Positions 44,784 to 44,846 of a stretch of DNA of 44,846 nucleotides are shown here, piece after piece (the stretch's first letter is position 1; every line of letters starts with the position of its first letter). The stretch is from the NCBI GenBank assembly GCA_016618085.1, contig JABLTG010000010.1, positions 186,001 to 230,846 on the forward strand. The letters run 5' to 3'. The stretch comes from Neovahlkampfia damariscottae. Taxonomy: Eukaryota. The position numbers were made by a program, and so were the translations under genes. Below the pieces are notes generated by a model. The model did not search any database. It had not been told where the DNA came from and saw nothing but the letters and a program-made list of their open reading frames with translations.

Positions 44784-44846
44784 ATGGAGCGTTTTTTGGA
44801 ATATAACAAAAAAACTCAAAATCTAGAATGGACTTTGGATGTGAAT
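44784..44846 (+). CDS. Possible 5' end of a gene leaving the window (partial)
   Basis: ATG 44784 is open to the window end (MERFLEYNKKTQNLEWTLDVN), downstream of the CCAAT dyad. Confidence 0.35.
   Translation, partial: MERFLEYNKKTQNLEWTLDVN

Overview
AT-rich, gene-dense eukaryotic nuclear DNA, probably from a free-living protist. The 30-41 nt GT-AG introns and the long 'C-[FY]-G-x5-8-VCS-x-[HN]G-x-C' EGF arrays suggest a heterolobosean (Naegleria-like) lineage, which is an inference. By manually splicing 34 tiny introns I joined the fragmented ORF track into 15 complete protein genes plus two edge fragments. In order: kinase-Kelch-ZZ-like finger; TFIIB-core-like protein; AIG1-type GTPase with CaaX; ACC-synthase-like PLP enzyme; a ~5463-aa EGF/LRR/IPT multi-pass membrane protein; EF-hand mitochondrial carrier; ankyrin protein; Atg11/FIP200-like; RRM NCOA5-like; TMEM181-like; pirin; a large hypothetical; OGFr-PARG-like fusion; F-box-DUF1399; a small orphan; and a divergent actin (16 complete genes counting the actin). 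Outside the ORF track are a stand-alone C/D snoRNA matching SNORD31/snR67 (LSU P-loop Gm), a recurring inverted ATTGG-N10-12-CCAAT promoter dyad, a CAACAAGT motif cluster, and convergent genes whose stop codons are only 6-18 nt apart. No rRNA, tRNA, CRISPR array or mobile element was recognised. All domain calls are by motif recognition; no search was run.
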